A DNA stretch of 64,000 bases, from the NCBI GenBank assembly GCA_964342815.1, contig CAYFHS010000008.1, positions 32,001-96,000 on the forward strand. The letters run 5' to 3'. The translations under genes and the position numbers were made by a program. The notes below the pieces were generated by a model. The model worked only from the letters and a program-made list of their open reading frames with translations, did no database searches and was not told the DNA's origin. This stretch comes from an uncultured archaeon. GTDB lineage: Archaea > Thermoplasmatota > Penumbrarchaeia > JASLWR01. Below are positions 48,104-58,649 of this stretch, piece by piece; the first letter of the stretch is position 1, and each line of letters begins with the position of its first letter.

Positions 48104-48348
48104 ACTGGATGCATTAAAGGTTCGCAACTTGACAATGTTCGCGTTATCGCCCGGAGGTGCTGATACCGCTGAATATTTAAATAAAAAACCCTGTGGTTTG
48201 TCAATTAACTGTCCCTTTGCTTTCAACGTTGACAAGCAGGCAGGCAATACCATTATAATTTACAACTGATTTAAAAAAAATGGAAAGTGAGAATTGGTGT
48301 TCCGGTAATTGCAGATGAAATCCGTCAAATCCAGCTTGGAGATAACTT

Positions 48349-49077
48349 ATGAACCTAACTGTAATACTTCTGATCTACAACGAAAAAGATAATATTATTC
48401 CCCTGGTTGATGAAATTTTGAAGGTATTTGACGACAATGAACTGAAAGGTGAGCTGCTATTGGTAAATGACGGCAGCACAGACGGATCTGCCGTTATTTC
48501 CAAAGGATTGGCGAAAAAATATAAGCGCGTTCGAGTCGTCCATCACAAACAGAACCTAGGACGGTCGTACGCGATCCGGACAGGCTTCCGAAATGCAAAG
48601 GGGAAGATCACAATTATCATGGACGGAGACCGACAATACGAACCGTGTGAGATTCCAAAATTCTTAGAAAAGATCGATGAGGGCTGGGACGTGGTGAGTG
48701 GAAATCGAACCCAAAGAACCGACAGCTGGATACGACGTTTTATCTCACGTAATTACAATAGATGGATAATCGGAAAGGGCCTTGGCATAAATATTGCAGA
48801 CCAGAACAGCGGTTTCAAGGCATTCAATACTAGAAAGGTCGTGCAGATGAAATTCGATCCTGAGGGATTTCTCGGACTGCATCGTTTCATTCTTCCCCTT
48901 GCGAGGATTCAGGGAATGTCCGTTACCGAGATTCCCATCCAACATTTCGATAGAACTGAGGGTAAATCGTATATCAAGTTCTATACCGTTCCTTTCATCA
49001 CTTATCGGGATTATCTAAGGTTCAAAAAGAATTATAAAAATGAGATAAAAGCCTACAAGAGAGAGATAAAATCATAG
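48349..49077 (+). CDS. Glycosyltransferase family 2 (DPM1-like)
   Basis: YNEKDNI, VNDGSTDGS, N.GR..A..TGF, MDGDRQY, DQNSGFK, LHRFI. Confidence 0.9.
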   Translation: MNLTVILLIYNEKDNIIPLVDEILKVFDDNELKGELLLVNDGSTDGSAVISKGLAKKYKRVRVVHHKQNLGRSYAIRTGFRNAKGKITIIMDGDRQYEPCEIPKFLEKIDEGWDVVSGNRTQRTDSWIRRFISRNYNRWIIGKGLGINIADQNSGFKAFNTRKVVQMKFDPEGFLGLHRFILPLARIQGMSVTEIPIQHFDRTEGKSYIKFYTVPFITYRDYLRFKKNYKNEIKAYKREIKS

Positions 49078-49103
49078 GTTCTACTTGGATGAGATTACTC
49101 TTC

Positions 49104-50444
49104 CTAAAAAATGCTTTTTTTGTATCTTGAAGGACTTCCTATTGCGCGGTATTCAACTTTCTTGAAATGATCTCGACTGAATAAGCGCCTTCCATCGATA
49201 ATCAGCGCCCTGGACATAAGCCGAATGAAGACATCTTCGGGAATGTCTCTGAACTTTTCCCAATCTGTGAGAAACAATGCTGCATGAGAGTCCTTCAACG
49301 CTTCCTCGGCACTGTTGACGTAAGTTAATTCCCCCGAGATTTCGTACTTCCTAAAATTCTCCACTGCCTTTGGGTCAAATGCTTTCACCCTTCCTCCTCT
49401 CCCGAGAAGCTCTCCTATCACTGGAAGACTTCTTGTCTCTCTAACGTCGTCCGTACCGCCTTTGAAAGCCAGACCCAGGACCGTCACGGTTTTCCCTTCA
49501 ATGGGACCGTATTCCTCCAATATCTCGATCATACGCAAGTATTGTCGTTCATTAACTTCAAGAACCGCTTCAAGTATCCTTAATTCCCTTTGTCTGGACC
49601 GTGCAAGCGCTATAATACTCTTCAGGTCTTTGGGAAAACACGAGCCACCGAAACCGATCCCGGCTTGAAAGAAATCCGCAGATATTCGTCGGTCCATACA
49701 TACCCCTTCGAACATCTCATCCACATCCACCCCAAGTTCTTCACATAGATTGGAAAACTCATTCGCAAATGATATCTTAGATGCCAGGAATGCATTAGAG
49801 CAATACTTCACCATTTCCGCGGTAGTTACGTCTGTTAATAATTTTGGACATTTCACATTCTCGTATATTTTTTTAAGAATTTTTTCCGTTACAGCATCCA
49901 GGGTACCAAAGACCAAACGATCCGGGCTCAAGCTGTCTCGCAGCGCCGAGCCTTCACTTAGAAATTCAGGACTCATACCGAGACCTAAATCTTCCCCCAC
50001 CATTTTACCCGAATACTTTTCGATTATATTACGCAGGATCCCAATTGTACTACCTGGAGGAACCGTACTTTTTATCACGATAGAGTGAAAACCTTCCTTC
50101 ACTGCCAAAGCCTCACCCAGTTCACGAACAGCAGCCTCAATCTGGGAAAGATCGGTTTCATCGTTTTCACCGGAAGGTGTAGCCACGCAAACGAAAGTGA
50201 TCTCACTGGTCTCAAGCGCTTTCATGAGATCGGTGGTGGCACTGATGGTTCCAGCAGTTACCATTTTCGACAGTAGCTGTTCCATACCAGGCTCGAAGAC
50301 AGGGGGCTGCCCGTGATTAATTTCGTCTATTTTCTCCTTTACCTTGTCGACGCACACCGTAGGATAACCTAAAGAAGAAAATGTAAGGGCTGTAGTGATG
50401 CCAACGTAACCCGATCCGAGAATGCTGATCCTGATTTTCGGCAT
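49104..50444 (-). CDS. UDP-glucose/GDP-mannose dehydrogenase family protein
   Basis: GSGYVG, VATPS, KSTVPPG, PEFL, EMVKY..NAFLA.KISFANE, GFGGSCFPKD, GLAFK..TDDVRE. ATG 50444 follows GGTGA. Confidence 0.93.
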   Translation of the reverse strand: MPKIRISILGSGYVGITTALTFSSLGYPTVCVDKVKEKIDEINHGQPPVFEPGMEQLLSKMVTAGTISATTDLMKALETSEITFVCVATPSGENDETDLSQIEAAVRELGEALAVKEGFHSIVIKSTVPPGSTIGILRNIIEKYSGKMVGEDLGLGMSPEFLSEGSALRDSLSPDRLVFGTLDAVTEKILKKIYENVKCPKLLTDVTTAEMVKYCSNAFLASKISFANEFSNLCEELGVDVDEMFEGVCMDRRISADFFQAGIGFGGSCFPKDLKSIIALARSRQRELRILEAVLEVNERQYLRMIEILEEYGPIEGKTVTVLGLAFKGGTDDVRETRSLPVIGELLGRGGRVKAFDPKAVENFRKYEISGELTYVNSAEEALKDSHAALFLTDWEKFRDIPEDVFIRLMSRALIIDGRRLFSRDHFKKVEYRAIGSPSRYKKSIF

Positions 50445-50478
50445 TTTCGTTTCACCATATAGCGAGTTTATAATAAAA

Positions 50479-51432
50479 TTAATAATCCGGATTACTCCTA
50501 GTATAATCGATATATTTTTGCAAACCATCATCAATAGTGGTTGTTGGCTGCCATCCTAGTTCATTTTTCAGCAAATCCCCCGAGGCCAGGGTATGTTCGA
50601 CATCCCCGGGTTGGGAGTCACTGTGAAATATCTCTGAGGCCGAATCCGTCAATCCAATGATCTTTTCCGCTAGTTCATTAATGCTGATACCCGAACCGAA
50701 TCCGATATTGTAAGTACCGCTTAAGCCCTTGTCGGCAAACATGATATTCGCCTTAAGAATATCATCGATATATGTGAAATCCCGAGTATTTTCCCCGGTG
50801 CCGAATATCTCAATTTTTTCGTTACGAAGTGCCCGATGTGTGAATATCGAAACGGCCATATCCGGTCTCAACCTCGGACCATATACTGTAAAGTACCTAA
50901 GCGTAACAACGTTAAGCCCGAAGAGAGAGTGGAAAACCCTGCAGTAGTCCTCGGCTGTCTTTTTGGATACACCATATGGCGAGATGGGACGCAGTGGGTG
51001 TTCCTCGTCGAACGGTAGGTATTCCACATTCCCGTATACCGATGAGGAGCTGGCGTTAATAAACCTATGAACATTGTTATCTTTTGCTGCGACCAGTAGA
51101 TTCAATGTTCCCTCAACGTTCGTTCGGTTTGTTTTATAAGGATCTTTCATCGAGACATGGACACCTGCTTGGGCCGCCTCGTGATAAATTAGATTTATAT
51201 TGTTCTTTTGGATCGCACCATCAAGTAATTTCCGGTCCAGAATGTCTCCTCGAATGAAATGAAAATCACCATGTTCACCAATTACTTTCAGGTTTCTCTC
51301 TTTTAGCCGTACGTCATAATAAGGGTCGAGGTTATCGATTACCGTTACCGAATGACCTTCATCAAGCAGCGCACAAGCGAGACTGCTGCCAATAAACCCC
51401 GCCCCTCCTGTCAATAAAACGTCATGTCCCAT
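50479..51432 (-). CDS. NAD-dependent nucleotide-sugar epimerase/dehydratase
   Basis: TGGAGFIGS, AAQAGV, ASSSSVYG, YGVSK (YxxxK), RYFTVYGP, RDFTY. Confidence 0.93.
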   Translation of the reverse strand: MGHDVLLTGGAGFIGSSLACALLDEGHSVTVIDNLDPYYDVRLKERNLKVIGEHGDFHFIRGDILDRKLLDGAIQKNNINLIYHEAAQAGVHVSMKDPYKTNRTNVEGTLNLLVAAKDNNVHRFINASSSSVYGNVEYLPFDEEHPLRPISPYGVSKKTAEDYCRVFHSLFGLNVVTLRYFTVYGPRLRPDMAVSIFTHRALRNEKIEIFGTGENTRDFTYIDDILKANIMFADKGLSGTYNIGFGSGISINELAEKIIGLTDSASEIFHSDSQPGDVEHTLASGDLLKNELGWQPTTTIDDGLQKYIDYTRSNPDY

Positions 51433-51748
51433 TTTTCTCACTCTTTTTTGGTGTAAATCACTGTACCATCCCCCAATATATCAGTTCATCCTACCCATCA
51501 GCCTCACGAATAAACAATGATTCAAACAATGAGGCTGACGGCAGTTCTTCTATACCATACTTTTGGTAGGTTCGACGAGGAGAAAGTGTTTTCAATCCGA
51601 TTTTTTTTTTCTCGATGGATACTTTAGAGGTTCGGTCCAAATGACCATTTCGTTTATTCATCCATTACTTCATACCAAGCAATTTCATTAAAGAGCAGAA
51701 TATGACCAAATGGGTTCTACATGATTATTAGAACCGATCAGGTTAATT

Positions 51749-53596
51749 ATGAATTTTGATTATTCCATAAGAACCCAAAATACTATACGGAAAGAGACGG
51801 TTCGCCCTCCCATGGATTTTCTGATCAGAGCGACTGAAATATCAAAGTCCTTTGGTGCAAAGCAGTTATTCAAAAATGTATCTTTCGACGTTAAGGCAAA
51901 TGACTGCATAGGCCTTATTGGACCCAACGGTTGCGGGAAAACGACATTATTCAATCTTTTTTTGGGGAATGATTTCTCCAATGTGGGAGAAATGTGGGTG
52001 AACGATGAACTTCAAATAAGGCACTTGAAGCAGGTTCTCGTGGATGTAGAGGGCCAAACAGTGGGCCAATTCATTTCCGAAAGCATGAAGACGGGACGTG
52101 CCTATGGTAAAATACAGAAAATCGAGAGCAAATTGGGGGACCCCGATATCTATGGTTCAGCGGAATATGAAGAGGTCCTTCGAGAATACCAGCGACTTCA
52201 GGAATCCATTGGATGGGCCGAAGAAGATAAGTCCTGGGACATAGTGCAGGAGCTGCTCAGGGAACTGGAATTTGAAAATCTGGAAACTGACACACTGATG
52301 GAGACTTTGTCGGGGGGTGAGCGACAGAAACTCGCACTTGCATCCGTCCTTGCGGACCCAAAAGAATGCGACCTTCTCCTACTTGATGAACCTACAAATC
52401 ATCTCGATATTGATACGATAGAATGGTTCGAGGAAAAGCTGGCTGATTTTCCAGCAGCCATAATAGTGATATCTCACGACAGATACCTCCTTGACAACCT
52501 CGTGGACAGGGTCTTTGAAATGGAAGGGGGAAAAATAGTAATATACAACGCATCATTCGAGGAATACGAGGAACAGAAGGAAATACGTCAGCATATCAAG
52601 GACCAGGAATACAAGAAGGCCAGAGCGGAAGAGAAACGACAAAAACGATCCATTGCGATCATGACTCGGAGGAACAAGTACGACAGCCAGATCAAAAGCA
52701 AGTTGAGACGGCTTCGGAAGGTGAAGAGATATGAGAATCCGGTCATTCGATCATATCTACTGAAATTTCGGTTTAAATCGACATTCAAATCCAGCACAAA
52801 TGTAGCGGATGGCATTCACATAACTAAGAGTTATGACCGAAAAATCCTTCATGACGCAAGCTTTGAGATATCGAACGGACAGCGTATTGGTTTAATTGGT
52901 CAGAATGGGTGTGGAAAGACCACATTGCTTAAGATGATTACTGGAGAGGAAAAACCGGATAGTGGAAAAATAAACATATCGGGAGGCGTGAAATGGAGAT
53001 ATTTCGACCAGGGTCATCTGTCCCTCGTTCCGCACAATACTGTTCTGGAGGAGGTAATCCGAGGAAAAGAGGGGCTCAAGGAGAATGACGCAAAAGCACT
53101 GCTTGGACAGTTCACATTCAAGCGAACGAGCATATACAACCGAGTAGAAAGCTTGTCCGGCGGGGAACGAGCTCGTCTCGCATTATTACGTCTTCTGCTG
53201 AAGCCCTGTAATCTTTTGATACTGGACGAACCGACAAACCACATGGACATTCCCTCAAAAATCGCAATCGCCAGTGCCCTGAACTCCTTCGATGGAACTG
53301 TAATAATCGTGTCTCACGATAGGGATTTTCTCGATAATGTCTGTGATACGATCTTTCTGATGAGCAAAGGGCGTATTCTTAGCTACGGCGGTAATTACAC
53401 GTTTTTCAGAGCGGATCATCTGAAACGATTTCGAAAAGTTACCGGCACCGACCCGATAAAGTACATTGTAATGAAGACCTTTACCGAGTGGACAAACAGG
53501 ATTAAACACAGAAGAGGCGAAAAATTGATATTGGACGAAGAGAAAGAAAAGTATTATCGGTCCGCCATCAGGAACGGATGGTTAAAAGAGATATGA
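51749..53596 (+). CDS. ABC-F family ribosome-associated ATPase
   Basis: Two NBDs (GPNGCGKTT/GQNGCGKTT, LSGGE, LDEPTNH, SHDR), a helical inter-domain linker, no TM segments. Possible start at 51812. Confidence 0.9.
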   Translation: MNFDYSIRTQNTIRKETVRPPMDFLIRATEISKSFGAKQLFKNVSFDVKANDCIGLIGPNGCGKTTLFNLFLGNDFSNVGEMWVNDELQIRHLKQVLVDVEGQTVGQFISESMKTGRAYGKIQKIESKLGDPDIYGSAEYEEVLREYQRLQESIGWAEEDKSWDIVQELLRELEFENLETDTLMETLSGGERQKLALASVLADPKECDLLLLDEPTNHLDIDTIEWFEEKLADFPAAIIVISHDRYLLDNLVDRVFEMEGGKIVIYNASFEEYEEQKEIRQHIKDQEYKKARAEEKRQKRSIAIMTRRNKYDSQIKSKLRRLRKVKRYENPVIRSYLLKFRFKSTFKSSTNVADGIHITKSYDRKILHDASFEISNGQRIGLIGQNGCGKTTLLKMITGEEKPDSGKINISGGVKWRYFDQGHLSLVPHNTVLEEVIRGKEGLKENDAKALLGQFTFKRTSIYNRVESLSGGERARLALLRLLLKPCNLLILDEPTNHMDIPSKIAIASALNSFDGTVIIVSHDRDFLDNVCDTIFLMSKGRILSYGGNYTFFRADHLKRFRKVTGTDPIKYIVMKTFTEWTNRIKHRRGEKLILDEEKEKYYRSAIRNGWLKEI

Positions 53597-53816
53597 TCTA
53601 TTGGTGATCTTTACTTTCACTTACCCGCCAGATTGATATATATATTATTACTGACTCCGGTTATTCCAGTTGATAAAATTTCCAAAATACCATTCCTTTC
53701 CCGTGGAAGATTTGGGCCAAAATATTGATAAGAAAATATTGATTTTCAGAAGAAAGTTAACGAGCCATTCAAAAGCATGATAAATGGAATTGATACACTT
53801 TAAACAGGTGTGTAAA

Positions 53817-55787
53817 ATGCCGGAATTCAAGTTGATATCAGAGTTCGAGCCCAGAGGGGACCAGCCACGAGCAATCAGTGAACTGGTGCATGGTATCAAC
53901 CACGGTGCCGCACACCAAACTCTCCTGGGTGTGACGGGGAGCGGAAAAACGTATATGGCGGCCTCGGTGATTGAAAAGATAGGAAAACCTACTCTGGTGA
54001 TCTCACACAACAAGACCCTTGCCGCACAGCTATGCGCTGAATACAAGAGATTTTTCCCGGAGAATGCTGTTGAATATTTTGTCAGCTACTACGACTACTA
54101 TCAACCTGAGGCATATATTCCGAAGAGGGACCTTTACATCGAGAAGGAGGCCGATATCAACAAGGAGATCGACCGTTTGAGGCACTGTGCTACGCGTTCT
54201 TTAATGGATAGACAGGACGTAATAGTAGTAGCAAGCGTTTCTTGCATATACGGACTTGGTTCTCCCGAAGAGTATGCATCCCTTGGTCTTTTTCTGGAAC
54301 GCGGAAGAATTACTGACCGTGATTCCATAATAATGAGATTGGTCGAAATACAATACGAGCGGAACGATTTTGAACTATCCCCGGGGAAATTCAGGGTTAG
54401 GGGAGACCGGATCGACATTTTCCCTTCATACGGCGGCATGCCTTTACGAGTGACAATGGACCGAGAGACCATAACAGGACTGACAGAAATTGACCCGGTT
54501 ACCGGGAAAAAACAGATCGAGCGAAACCGAATCATAGTTTATCCGGCCAAACATTTCGTTATGCCTAAGGAGAAGGTGGAAAGGGCAGTTCGTTCCATAG
54601 AGGCTGAGCTTAGTCTTCAGCTAGAAAGATTAATGGATGATGGAAAACAGTTCGAGGCAACCCGTCTGAAGCAGAGGACGTTGTACGATATCGAATTGAT
54701 TCAGGAAATAGGCTACTGTCCCGGGATCGAGAATTATTCGAGGCATTTCGACGGTAGAGAACCGGGGGACAGTCCTTTCACGCTGATTGATTATTTTCCT
54801 GATGATTTTCTTATGATCGTGGATGAATCCCACGTTACCCTCCCGCAGATACGGGGAATGTACAAAGGTGATCGATCCCGCAAGGAAAATCTCGTGGACT
54901 TTGGTTTCAGGCTTCCATCGGCTTTCGATAACCGTCCCTTGACCTTCGAGGAATTTGAGGAACGTATGAAAACGGTCTTATACACTTCGGCAACCCCTGC
55001 CAAGTATGAAAATAGTAAAAGTTCCAACGTGGTTGAATTGATAATTCGCCCTACAGGTCTCGTGGACCCGGAAGTGGTGATAAGACCGGCGGAGAATCAG
55101 GTCGATGATGTAATAGAGGAGATCAGGCGCTGCGAGGAGCTGGGAGAGCGTGTCCTTGTAACCACTCTTACAAAACGAATGGCCGAGGACCTGTCAGTGT
55201 ACCTTGTGGAAATGGGGATCAAGGCCGAATACATGCATTCAGGTACCAAGACAATAGAGAGGGTCGAGATACTCCGGAAGCTCAGATTGGGTACTTTCAA
55301 CGTGCTTGTGGGGATCAATCTCCTTCGTGAGGGGCTCGATCTACCGGAAGTGTCTCTCGTAGCGATATTGGACGCGGATAAAGAGGGATTCTTGAGGAAT
55401 GAAACTTCGCTGATACAGACCATGGGGAGGGCGGCGAGGAATGTGAACGGTAAGGTGATACTCTATGCTAAAGACAGGACCCGTTCAATAAAGGCAGCGG
55501 TGGAAAAGACGAACTGGCGGAGAAAAATACAGCTTGCATATAATGCGGCACATGGGATAGAACCAGAGACCATTCATAAGGAAATTAAAGATATAACCGA
55601 GGATATTTCTCGCACTGTTAGTGAGGACGAAGATATAATTATACCATCCGATGGGATCGACAAATCGGATTATCATCTCCTCATCGTGGAACTGGAGGCC
55701 GAAATGAAGAGGGCGGCCGGTAATTTAGAATTCGAGAAAGCAGCGCGGCTTCGTGACAGAATATTAGAGCTGAAGAGTCTTATGTAA
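53817..55787 (+). CDS. uvrB: Excinuclease ABC subunit B
   Basis: GVTGSGKT, HNKTLAAQL, SYYDYYQPEAY, DESHVT, LLREGLDLPEV, GRAARN, C-terminal UVR domain. Confidence 0.97.
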   Translation: MPEFKLISEFEPRGDQPRAISELVHGINHGAAHQTLLGVTGSGKTYMAASVIEKIGKPTLVISHNKTLAAQLCAEYKRFFPENAVEYFVSYYDYYQPEAYIPKRDLYIEKEADINKEIDRLRHCATRSLMDRQDVIVVASVSCIYGLGSPEEYASLGLFLERGRITDRDSIIMRLVEIQYERNDFELSPGKFRVRGDRIDIFPSYGGMPLRVTMDRETITGLTEIDPVTGKKQIERNRIIVYPAKHFVMPKEKVERAVRSIEAELSLQLERLMDDGKQFEATRLKQRTLYDIELIQEIGYCPGIENYSRHFDGREPGDSPFTLIDYFPDDFLMIVDESHVTLPQIRGMYKGDRSRKENLVDFGFRLPSAFDNRPLTFEEFEERMKTVLYTSATPAKYENSKSSNVVELIIRPTGLVDPEVVIRPAENQVDDVIEEIRRCEELGERVLVTTLTKRMAEDLSVYLVEMGIKAEYMHSGTKTIERVEILRKLRLGTFNVLVGINLLREGLDLPEVSLVAILDADKEGFLRNETSLIQTMGRAARNVNGKVILYAKDRTRSIKAAVEKTNWRRKIQLAYNAAHGIEPETIHKEIKDITEDISRTVSEDEDIIIPSDGIDKSDYHLLIVELEAEMKRAAGNLEFEKAARLRDRILELKSLM

Positions 55788-55814
55788 AATTTTTATTTCA
55801 AGTGGTGAGCAAGA

Positions 55815-58649
55815 GTGCCAGATACTATAAAGATACGAAAAGCAAACGAACACAACCTGAAGAATATAGACCTAGACATACCCCGGAACAAGCTTGTGGT
55901 TATTACCGGCGTCAGCGGTAGCGGGAAATCTTCATTGGCTTTCGACACGCTTTTCGCAGAAGGGCAGAGAAGATACGTCGAATCCCTGTCAGCATACGCA
56001 CGACAATTCCTGCTGCAGATGGAAAAACCCAATGTGGAGTCTATCGAGGGTCTTTCACCTGCAATTGCGATTCAGCAGAAAGCTACTGGCCATAATCCAC
56101 GCTCTACCGTTGGCACCATAACGGAGATATACGATTATCTGAGAGTTTTGTTCGCAAGGGTCGGCGAGGTGTATTGTTACAACTGCGGGAAACGAATAGA
56201 AAAACAGACAGTGGATCAGATTATCGAAAATATCATGACATCGGGGGCGGGGAAGGAGATAGTGGTCCTGGCTCCAGTGATAAGGGGCAGAAAAGGAGAA
56301 TACAAGAAAACCATGGAGGATCTCGTACAAAAAGGATTCGACAGGGGAAGAGTGGACGGCAGATATTTGGACCTGTCCGATGATATTGAGCTTGAGAGAT
56401 ACAAAAAACATTCTATCGAGGTGGACATTGACAGGTTGACGGTCAACAGTAATAATAGAAGCAGACTGGCGGAAAGTCTCGAAATGGGACTCAAGCTCGG
56501 AGCTGGGATCGTGATAGTGAATGTGGACGGAAAGGACGTTCTGTTCAGCGAGATGTTCTCTTGCTCGGACTGCGGGATCAACTACGAAGAGCTGACACCA
56601 AGAAAATTCTCCTTCAATAATCCATACGGCGCTTGCGGAAAATGCAACGGGCTTGGAACCACCATGAACATTGATCCGGATCTCGTGGTCCCGGATAAAA
56701 AAAGGACCATACGCGAAGGTGCAATATCCACCATGCCCAAGGGACCTCAATCATTCTCATTCCGGGCTCTCCAGGAGGTAGCCAATCATTTTGGTTTCAG
56801 CGTCGATGTTCCCTTTGAGGATTTATCCGTGGAACATCGTTGGATCGTGATGTACGGCACAGGTCAGGAGAAAATCCATTTTCGGTTCAAGGGTGAGCGC
56901 CCCGGAAAACAGTACCGATACGAATTCAACCGTCCATATGAAGGGGTAATACCGGCTCTTGAAAGAAGGTTGGTGGAAACGAAATCCAGCTATATACGGC
57001 GGGAATTGGATAATTACATGTCCAAGAGAAAATGCCCGGTTTGCCAGGGGGAACGGCTCAGACCCGAAAGCCTGTCAGTGCGGGTAGGCGGGAAGAACAT
57101 TACGAGCATTACCGGTATGTCCGTCAAGGACGCACTTAGATTCTTCTCGGAACTTCAGGAGACGGAACAGCAGAGGATCATTTCAGGTCCCGTTTTGAAG
57201 GAGATCAAGGCACGTCTGACCTTCATGTTGAACGTTGGCCTCGATTATCTGAGTTTGAACCGCCAATCAGATACTCTATCAAGCGGCGAAGCACAGCGTA
57301 TACAGCTGGCCACTCAGATAGGCTCGAAGCTATGCGGAGTTCTATACATACTGGACGAACCCAGTATAGGACTCCACCAGCGGGATATCAGCAGACTTCT
57401 TTCCATACTTGCGGAATTGAGAGAGCTGGGAAACACTCTTCTGGTGGTGGAACATGACGAGGAAACCATGAGGTTGGCCGACCATATTATCGATATGGGA
57501 CCTGGAGCAGGTGAGCATGGCGGCGAGGTTGTTGCAGCGGGAGCTCTGCATGATATAATGAAGGCCGAAAATTCGCTCACTGGGGCATTCTTGACCAAAA
57601 AGATCGAGATCGAGATTCCCAGGCAACGGAGGAATCATAATTCAAAATATCTTACTGTAAGGGGGGCTAGAGAACATAATCTCAAGAACATCGATATTGC
57701 GATTCCACTTGGTGTCTTCGTATGCGTAACAGGTGTTTCAGGTTCGGGTAAGAGCACTCTTATTAACGATATTACCTACAAAACTCTTGCACGGACTCTT
57801 TACCGTGCAAAAGCAGCGCCTGGGGATCATGATAACATCGAGGGCATGGAACACGTGGACAAGGTGATCATAATAGACCAATCCCCGATAGGCAGAACCC
57901 CCCGCTCAAATCCGGCGACCTATACAGGCGTGTTTTCCCCCATGAGAGAGCTTTTCAGCAAACTACCCGAGGCTGGAAGAAGAGGATACAAACCCGGAAG
58001 ATTCAGCTTCAACGTAAAAGGCGGCCGCTGCGAGAACTGCAAGGGAGCGGGAAGCATATTGATAGAGATGCACTTCCTGCCTGATGTGTATATAAGGTGC
58101 GACGTGTGCAAAGGTTTGAGATACAACACGGAAACCCTGGAGGTCAGATACAAGGGCAAGAATATTTCCGAAGTACTGCAGATGACCATTGAAGAAGGGT
58201 ATGATTTTTTCAAAAATATTCCAAAGATAAACCGAAAACTTGAAACATTAATCGATGTCGGCCTGGGTTACATGAAGATCGGACAACCGGCAACGACGTT
58301 ATCAGGCGGGGAAGCCCAGCGAGTAAAGCTATCAAGAGAATTGTCGAAAAGGAGCACTGGCCGCACCATTTACATCCTTGACGAGCCCACCACAGGGCTG
58401 CATTTTGCCGATATAAAAAAGTTGATAAACGTGTTGAGTCGGTTGGTGGATGCTGGGAACACAGTTGTGGTGATTGAACATAATCTGGATGTGATCAAGT
58501 GCGCGGACTATATCATTGACCTTGGCCCCGAAGGAGGCGATGGAGGAGGATTGTTAATTGCCTCGGGAACACCGGAGGAGATCGCCGCAACACCTTCTTC
58601 GTTCACGGGTAAATACCTAAAAGAGGTATTGAACGATGCCGGTAGATAG
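55815..58649 (+). CDS. uvrA: Excinuclease ABC subunit A
   Basis: [22 protein letters not shown], zinc fingers, [27 protein letters not shown]. Confidence 0.97.
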   Translation: MPDTIKIRKANEHNLKNIDLDIPRNKLVVITGVSGSGKSSLAFDTLFAEGQRRYVESLSAYARQFLLQMEKPNVESIEGLSPAIAIQQKATGHNPRSTVGTITEIYDYLRVLFARVGEVYCYNCGKRIEKQTVDQIIENIMTSGAGKEIVVLAPVIRGRKGEYKKTMEDLVQKGFDRGRVDGRYLDLSDDIELERYKKHSIEVDIDRLTVNSNNRSRLAESLEMGLKLGAGIVIVNVDGKDVLFSEMFSCSDCGINYEELTPRKFSFNNPYGACGKCNGLGTTMNIDPDLVVPDKKRTIREGAISTMPKGPQSFSFRALQEVANHFGFSVDVPFEDLSVEHRWIVMYGTGQEKIHFRFKGERPGKQYRYEFNRPYEGVIPALERRLVETKSSYIRRELDNYMSKRKCPVCQGERLRPESLSVRVGGKNITSITGMSVKDALRFFSELQETEQQRIISGPVLKEIKARLTFMLNVGLDYLSLNRQSDTLSSGEAQRIQLATQIGSKLCGVLYILDEPSIGLHQRDISRLLSILAELRELGNTLLVVEHDEETMRLADHIIDMGPGAGEHGGEVVAAGALHDIMKAENSLTGAFLTKKIEIEIPRQRRNHNSKYLTVRGAREHNLKNIDIAIPLGVFVCVTGVSGSGKSTLINDITYKTLARTLYRAKAAPGDHDNIEGMEHVDKVIIIDQSPIGRTPRSNPATYTGVFSPMRELFSKLPEAGRRGYKPGRFSFNVKGGRCENCKGAGSILIEMHFLPDVYIRCDVCKGLRYNTETLEVRYKGKNISEVLQMTIEEGYDFFKNIPKINRKLETLIDVGLGYMKIGQPATTLSGGEAQRVKLSRELSKRSTGRTIYILDEPTTGLHFADIKKLINVLSRLVDAGNTVVVIEHNLDVIKCADYIIDLGPEGGDGGGLLIASGTPEEIAATPSSFTGKYLKEVLNDAGR

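Noticed and set aside
48196-48237. GTCAA...GTTGAC hairpin resembling the 5' end of HEARO/omega RNA
   Set aside because: Too short, lacks downstream conserved elements, and there is no IscB/TnpB gene nearby.
51498-51538. 9-bp inverted repeat TCAGCCTCA/TGAGGCTGA between the epimerase and ABC-F genes
   Set aside because: An isolated hairpin with a 23-nt loop and no further structure. It could be an operator, but nothing supports that.
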